From an uncultured Actinomycetota bacterium (GTDB lineage Bacteria > Actinomycetota > Actinomycetes > Propionibacteriales > Nocardioidaceae), in NCBI GenBank assembly GCA_963759885.1, contig CAVXBA010000001.1, positions 268,323 through 332,322 of the forward strand: a stretch of DNA of 64,000 nucleotides, written 5' to 3'. The notes under the pieces are model-generated. The model saw only the letters and a list, made by a program, of their open reading frames with translations, was not told the origin of the DNA and ran no database searches. Both the position numbers and the translations under genes were made by a program. The first letter of the stretch is position 1. Every line of letters starts with the position of its first letter. Below are positions 58,790-64,000 of the stretch, piece by piece.

Positions 58790-59980
58790 TTGTCGTTGAG
58801 CACCTTCGTAGCCCCCGTAGCGACCCCGGCCGACCTGGACGCGGGTGCGGTGCACCTGCTCAACCTGGTCCGCCGCAGCGGCTCCCTGACCCGCGCGCAG
58901 ATGAACGAGCAGACCGGCTGGGCCCGGATGACCGTGACCGGTCGGCTCGACCAGTTGCTCTCGGTCGGCCTGCTGGTCGCGGATGATCCCGAGCCGAGCG
59001 GCCGGGGTCGACCGGTCACCCGATTCCGGGTGACCGCCGACCGGGCGGCCATCATCGTGGCCGACGTGGGCGCGCTGGGGGCTCGACTGGCCCGGTGCGA
59101 CCTCGTCGGCAGGGTCGAGCAGACGGCTGACCGGGCGTGCCTGATCGGGGACGGACCCAGCGTGGTGCTGCCGTTGATCCGCTCCGCGATGCTCGAGCTG
59201 ACGGTGGGGCTCGGCGACCGCCCGGTGTGGGGGGTCGGGATCAGCCTTCCCGGTCCGGTGGAGTTCGACGCCGGCCGGGTGGTCAGCCCACCCATCATGA
59301 CCGGCTGGGACGGGGTCGTCGTACGGGATCTCCTGACCGACTGGTTCGACACCCCCGTCCTCGTCGACAACGACGTCAACGCCATGGCAGTCGGCGAGCA
59401 GGCCCTCTCCTACCCGGACGCGTCCGACCTGTTCGTCGTGAAGGTCGGCACCGGCATCGGGTCGGGCATCATCTCCAACGGCCACGTGCTCCGAGGCGTC
59501 TCGGGCGCGGCCGGCGACATCGGTCACACCTGGGCCGACGCCGAGGGCATCCGGGCCGACAGTCCGGTGTGCCGGTGTGGCAAGCGCGGCTGCGTCGAGG
59601 CCTACTGCGGGGGCTGGGCGATCGCACGGGACGCGAGTCGTGAGCACGGACGGGACCTCGACGTCGACGAGGTGGTGGACCTGCTCCACGCCAACGACCC
59701 GGTGACTGTCCGGCTTGTCCGCGATGCCGGCCGGATCCTCGGCGCCAGCGTCGCCACGGCCGTCAGCCTGCTCAACCCGGCCGCGGTCGTGCTCGGTGGA
59801 CAGGTCGCGGCCGAGGCAGGTGAACATCTGCTGGCCGGACTGCGCGAGCGCATCTATGCCCGCTCCCTGCCGTTGGCCACACGCAACCTCCCGATCGAGG
59901 TCAGCACGCTCTGGCCGGACGCCGGTGTCCAGGGCCTGGCCCGCGGAGTGGCCGACCTGGTGTTCTCCCCCGCCGCCTGA
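58790..59980 (+). CDS. ROK-family transcriptional regulator
   Basis: Track ORF, 396 aa; TTG 58796, 6 nt after GGAGGAG, is an alternative start. N-terminal wHTH: LLNLVRRSGSLTRAQMNEQTGWARMTVTGRLDQLL. ROK motifs: GVGISLPGPV and CRCGKRGCVEAYCGG. Confidence 0.9.
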   Translation: MSLSTFVAPVATPADLDAGAVHLLNLVRRSGSLTRAQMNEQTGWARMTVTGRLDQLLSVGLLVADDPEPSGRGRPVTRFRVTADRAAIIVADVGALGARLARCDLVGRVEQTADRACLIGDGPSVVLPLIRSAMLELTVGLGDRPVWGVGISLPGPVEFDAGRVVSPPIMTGWDGVVVRDLLTDWFDTPVLVDNDVNAMAVGEQALSYPDASDLFVVKVGTGIGSGIISNGHVLRGVSGAAGDIGHTWADAEGIRADSPVCRCGKRGCVEAYCGGWAIARDASREHGRDLDVDEVVDLLHANDPVTVRLVRDAGRILGASVATAVSLLNPAAVVLGGQVAAEAGEHLLAGLRERIYARSLPLATRNLPIEVSTLWPDAGVQGLARGVADLVFSPAA

Positions 59981-60156
59981 TCCTGCAAGGCGGCCGGTGG
60001 TGACTTCCTGGCTTATGTGGCCTTGGCCCGTGACGTGCTAGATGTGAGAAGCGATAGCCGCGACGGCAGCGCCGGGGAACGGGGAGACGTCGCACCTCTG
60101 GCTGCGATGAAACGGGCACATCGGGGGCGCGCCTCCCCCCGGGCGCGTACGCACCA

Positions 60157-60459
60157 GTGAACGGTAGATACATGAAACAGCCGCAATGGCAGTCCAGCTC
60201 CCCTCAGGTGGCGACGTGCACCGTCGAAGCCGCCCACCGGCGTGACCATCACCATGTCGGCGCCGACGACGCATGCCACCCGCACGCGGTCGAGGTCGTC
60301 CGACTCGGTGACCGCGCCGTGATGGTGTGCCATGACTGTTGCACCGACTCCGGGTTCGTCGCCGCGCGTGAGGCCGACCACCGGGCGCACCAACACCGCA
60401 TCGACACGCTGGCCGAACCTAGCTGGCACGTCGTGGAGCTCGACGCGTCGGTCGTCTGA
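60157..60459 (+). CDS. Small Cys/His-rich protein (paralogue of 39720..39989)
   Basis: Track ORF, 100 aa; ATG 60172 is an alternative start. The core [47 protein letters not shown] is about 65 % identical to the first copy. Third codon positions are G/C-rich. Confidence 0.65.
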   Translation: MNGRYMKQPQWQSSSPQVATCTVEAAHRRDHHHVGADDACHPHAVEVVRLGDRAVMVCHDCCTDSGFVAAREADHRAHQHRIDTLAEPSWHVVELDASVV

Positions 60460-60468
60460 CCCTGGTGA

Positions 60469-60505
60469 CTGAAGGTTCGTGTTCACGCCTCTCACGAATC
60501 TTCAG
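60469..60505. terminator. Hairpin between convergent genes
   Basis: CTGAAGGTTCGTG-ttcacgcctct-CACGAATCTTCAG, a 13-bp stem with one G-T pair. Confidence 0.5.
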
Positions 60506-60523
60506 CCACCAGCCCTGCGGGCC

Positions 60524-61036
60524 TCACGATTCCGTCAGACTCTTGCTTTCGGCCGCGGCCTTGATCGAGTTCAGTGACGTGATGATTCCGGCTCGCTGCT
60601 TCTTCGGCAGGCCGAGGACGGCATACATCAGCTTCTGGGCAGCCGCGCCCTTCTGCGGCGGCAGCACCTGCATGCTGTGGGTCAGCCGCGTCCCTGCTCC
60701 GGACGGGTCGACGACGAAGCTCCACAGGACCCGACCGCCCTCACCGCGGTTGGCGTCCTTCATCGGCGGGTAGCTGACCCAGGCGAACTCCTGGCCGGGT
60801 TCGAGCGTCGTGACGTCTGAGGGCGCATCGAACTTCGAGGGTCCGAACTTCTCGTGAGCGATCCAGCGGTCCCCCACATGGGGTGGCCCGTCGAACTCGA
60901 TGGCCTTGGTGATGCTCTTCGGGCCCGCGAACTCCGGATGGCGCTTGACGTCGGTCACCAGATGCCACACGACGTCCGGAGGGGCGTCGACCTGGACGCT
61001 TTCAGTGATGTCGACCAGAGGTGTCGGCATAGTCAT
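60524..61036 (-). CDS. SRPBCC-family (START/Bet v1-like) protein
   Basis: ATG 61036 (MTMPTPLVDITESVQVDAPPDVVWHLVTDVKRHPEF) forms the last 170 codons of the composite track ORF 60524..62614. Confidence 0.8.
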   Translation of the reverse strand: MTMPTPLVDITESVQVDAPPDVVWHLVTDVKRHPEFAGPKSITKAIEFDGPPHVGDRWIAHEKFGPSKFDAPSDVTTLEPGQEFAWVSYPPMKDANRGEGGRVLWSFVVDPSGAGTRLTHSMQVLPPQKGAAAQKLMYAVLGLPKKQRAGIITSLNSIKAAAESKSLTES

Positions 61037-61237
61037 CGCAACCTCCTTGCGTTGCTTGTGCTGCGAGGATGCGCTGCGTTCGGGACGTCGGCAACCGGCT
61101 GTGGTCGTTATGGTCGGTTCAGCTCGGTACGCCGTGGGAGAACTTCCCGGCTGACCCGGGAACGCGCCCGATGGCAGGCGGGCTCGAGGCCGAGACGCTG
61201 TGGGACGACAGCAGTTCTCGAGCCTTGGGAGGCCAGT

Positions 61238-61930
61238 ATGACCACCACCGTCCACACCGCGCCTGACGTCGAACGTTCCCGCATCACCCCCGTCATGTGG
61301 CGGGTCGCCGGCGGCCTCGCGTTGGCGCACGTCGTCCTGCTCTTCGCCGGGTTCAGCCAGGAGAAGTCGCTGCTCTTCGGCGCCTCGGTCGCGGATGCCA
61401 AGGCGGCGTACGTCGACAGCGACATGGGACGCATCCTCGCCGGGGGCTTCGTCGAGAGCCTCGGCTTCGTCGTGCTGGTGCCTGCGTTCATCTTCTTGAC
61501 CCGGGTGATCGGACGGCGTACGGAGATCGGCCGCTGGGCAAGCCAGACATCGCTCGCGGCCGGCCTCGGGTACGTCATCGTCACGCTTGCCACCGGGATG
61601 CCGCCCCTCGGTGCAGCGCTCTACGCCGCTCAGCACGGTGCCGATCTGCACGCCGCGATCATGGTGACCTATATCCGCAACTTCGCGTTCGTGCTCAGCC
61701 TGATGCTGCTCGCCCTGCAGGCGTTCGCGCTCGGCATCGCCGCGATCAACGACGGCCGGTTCTCCCGGTGGATCGGACGGGGCGGTGTGGTCATCGGCGT
61801 ACTGCTGCTCGGCGGTGTGGCCGGCGGAGGCCTGGAGCTGTACAACTACATGTCGATGCTGTGGTTCGTGTGGTGGATCGGTGTCGCCGTCACCCTGCTG
61901 CGCGCACCCGGCCGGCGCGAAACCGCATGA
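61238..61930 (+). CDS. Integral membrane protein (DUF4386-like?)
   Basis: ATG 61238 lies inside track ORF 60854..61930. Six hydrophobic helices. The family call is tentative. Confidence 0.6.
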   Translation: MTTTVHTAPDVERSRITPVMWRVAGGLALAHVVLLFAGFSQEKSLLFGASVADAKAAYVDSDMGRILAGGFVESLGFVVLVPAFIFLTRVIGRRTEIGRWASQTSLAAGLGYVIVTLATGMPPLGAALYAAQHGADLHAAIMVTYIRNFAFVLSLMLLALQAFALGIAAINDGRFSRWIGRGGVVIGVLLLGGVAGGGLELYNYMSMLWFVWWIGVAVTLLRAPGRRETA

Positions 61931-61978
61931 CGTCGACGACCTGTCCATGCGGACGAAACGCCTACTCGCGGCCTGACG

Positions 61979-63965
61979 ATGGGCCATTCTGAAGCCGTGC
62001 GGCGAACGATCGTACGGGTGCTGGCGGCGCTGGTGAGCGCCGCCGGCGCCGTGCTGTCTGCCGTGGTGGCGCTCGACCACGCGATGGCGTTGAACGAGGG
62101 CGCCGTCGCGCTGGCCGTGATCGCCTATCTGGCAGTCGGCCTGCTTATCCTGGGGCACCACCCGACGCATCCGGTCGGTCGCCTCGTGCTGTACGCCGCT
62201 GTGGTCTGGGGCCTCGGGGAAGGTCTGCTCGGCGTCGCTGTCGCGAGGCTGGACCAGCCGCCGTACCCGACCGTGGACCGGCTCGCAGCAGTGGTGGGGT
62301 CCTTCGGACGGGGTCTGGGCTGGCTGTTGCTCGTGCTGTGGCTGCCGCTGATCTTCCCTGACGGCGTACGTGCCGGGCCGCAAGGACGGCAGCGCTGGGC
62401 CGGGCGATTCGCGGTCGCGGCCCTGGCGGCGTTCACGGTGAACGAGGTGCTCTCCCCCACCCAGACCGACCTGCGCCTGGACGGCATCGACAACCCGATC
62501 GGCCTGCCGCACGCTTTCGCTGACGCGATGGGTCCGGTGGCGATGCTGTCGCTGCTGCTGGCGGTCATCGCGATCGGGCTGGCGGTGTCCTGCCTGGTGC
62601 ATCGGTGGCGGCACGACACCGGCTTGGTGCGTCAGCAGATGCTGTGGTTCGCGCTGGCGTTCCTGCCGCCGATCTCCCTGATGGTGCTGTCGGTGTGGGA
62701 CGTGGCGTCGCCGTGGATGTTCGCCGTGGCGAGCGTGCCGGTGCCGGTGGCGATCGGCGTGGCCGTGCTGCAGCGGCGGCTGTACGACATCCAGCTCGTG
62801 GTCAACCGCTCGGTCACCTACGGCGCGCTGTCGCTGCTGATCGCGGGGCTGTACGCCGTGACGGTCGGCGGCGTGGGGGCGATGCTCCGGCAGGAAGGTG
62901 CGTCGTGGCTGCCCTGGGTGGCTGCCGGGGTCGTCGCGGTGTCGTTCGCGCCGTTGCGGGACGGGTTGCAGCGGGGCGCAAACCGGCTGACGTACGGGCA
63001 GTGGTCCCAGCCGACCGAAGTGCTGGCGGCGACCGGGCGGCGCCTCAGCGATGCCGCGGACGTGCCGGGCCTGCTACGGACACTGGCTGCGGATCTCGCG
63101 ACCGGGCTCGATCTGAGCTTCGTGGCGATCCGGGACTCCGGGGGGGACACGATGGCCGAGGAAGGCTCGAGGCCGGCCGAGGTGGATCAGCTGCCTCTGC
63201 TGGCCTACGGCGCGCAGGTCGGTGCGTTGGAGTGGGGGCGGCGACCGCTGCGTGACGTCGACAGGGCATTGCTGGTCGACGTCGCGAACCAGCTCGGGGG
63301 CGTCGTCCACTCGGCAGGACTCGTGCAGGCGGTGCGCGCGTCGCAGGAGAGGCTCGTCCTCGCCCGAGAGGAGGAGCGCAAGCGGCTGCGGCGCGACTTG
63401 CACGACGGGCTCGGTCCGGCGCTGGCGGGGCTGTCGCTTCAGGTGGACACGCTGCGCAACCAGCTGCCGGTCGAGGCGTCCTCGGGTCTGTTGGACCTGC
63501 GGTCGGGGATCCAGTCGACGGTGCTCGACGTACGCCGGATGGTAGAGGGCTTGCGACCGCCGGCGCTCGACGAGCTGGGCCTCGTGGGCGCGGTCGAGCA
63601 ACTCGCCGCGCGGCTCGAGCGACCAGGCTCGCTGCAGGTTGACGTCGTGGCGTCGGACCTGCCCGTCGTACCCGCGGCGGTGGAGGTCGCGGCGTACCGG
63701 ATCGTGCAGGAGGCGGTCACCAACGCAGCGCGCCACTCGGGCGCTGGGTTGGCGCGGGTGGCGCTGTGCGCGCGGCCGGGTGGTCTGTCAGTCGAGGTGT
63801 GCGACGACGGGTCGGGCCAGGTGTCGCCGCGTCCAGGTGGTGTCGGGTTGACGAGCATGCGGGAGCGGGCGGAGGAGATCGGCGGCCACGCTTCCGTCGA
63901 GGGGGTCCCGGGGAGTGGTACGACGCTGAGCCGCGTGGCTGCCGATCCCGGAGGGGGCGTCGTGA
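61979..63965 (+). pseudogene. NarL-type sensor histidine kinase (HisKA_3), +1 insertion near 63929-63934
   Basis: Not in the track because, as sequenced, it has no stop. My own translation from ATG 61979 shows a multi-TM N-terminal half, then EEERKRLRRDLHDGLGPALAGL (H-box), ..VQEAVTNAARHS.. and GVGLTSMRERAEEIGG. Removing one C restores the typical end GTTLSAWLPIPEGAS* (TGA 63963-63965). Confidence 0.85.
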
Positions 63966-64000
63966 TCCGGGTGCTGATCGTGGACGACCACCCGTTGTTC
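63962..64000 (+). CDS. LuxR/NarL-family response regulator, N-terminal 13 codons only
   Basis: GTG 63962 overlaps the kinase stop (GTGA). VIRVLIVDDHPLF is the canonical NarL-type receiver N-terminus. Truncated by the window edge. Confidence 0.7.
   Translation, partial: MIRVLIVDDHPLF

Noticed and set aside
1-64000. Prophage, IS element, integrative island, tRNA or rRNA genes; genuine genome decay or programmed frameshifting as the explanation for the frame breaks.
   Set aside because: No integrase, transposase, phage structural or tRNA-like sequences were seen, and GC content is uniform. All reconstructed frame breaks are +1 insertions with no slippery heptamers and no premature stop mutations. 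That pattern fits sequencing or assembly error better than biology, although only read-level data can settle the question.

Overview
High-G+C (roughly 70 %) actinobacterial chromosomal segment, densely coding. By eye I found no rRNA, tRNA, IS element, integrase or CRISPR array.

Content, left to right:
- a PLP-dependent decarboxylase (partial) and a 51-bp tandem-repeat array;
- a one-carbon locus: the fchA-fdsG-fdsB-fdsA-fdsD operon on the minus strand, with a divergent fhs;
- a tightly coupled four-gene operon of unknown function (9955-16863): a tail-anchored membrane protein, an HExxH zincin-like protein, its catalytically degenerate coiled-coil paralogue, and a ~1080-aa all-TPR protein. I consider this the best candidate for an undescribed system;
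- an aldo-keto reductase and a winged-helix protein / DEAH helicase pair;
- a liv-type branched-chain amino-acid ABC operon, an MFS transporter, an acyl-CoA dehydrogenase and a CUT1 sugar ABC set;
- an ECF sigma factor with an anti-sigma-like partner, an orphan Dpp-type permease, a SWIM-SNF2 helicase and mgsA;
- a secreted M4 protease with a C-terminal CUB-like domain;
- a guanidino/amide catabolic cluster (agmatinase family, NCS1 permease, amidase, APC permease);
- small regulators and SRPBCC proteins;
- a sugar cluster (epimerase, FGGY kinase, Rbs-type ABC transporter, ROK regulator);
- a NarL-type two-component pair at the right edge.

Two small Cys/His-rich ORFs about 20 kb apart are paralogues.

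About 20 positions in conserved genes carry single-base +1 insertions. This looks like insertion-biased assembly error rather than gene decay. Those genes are listed as merged spans with type pseudogene, meaning interrupted as sequenced.

All functional calls come from motif recognition in the translations. No database search was possible.
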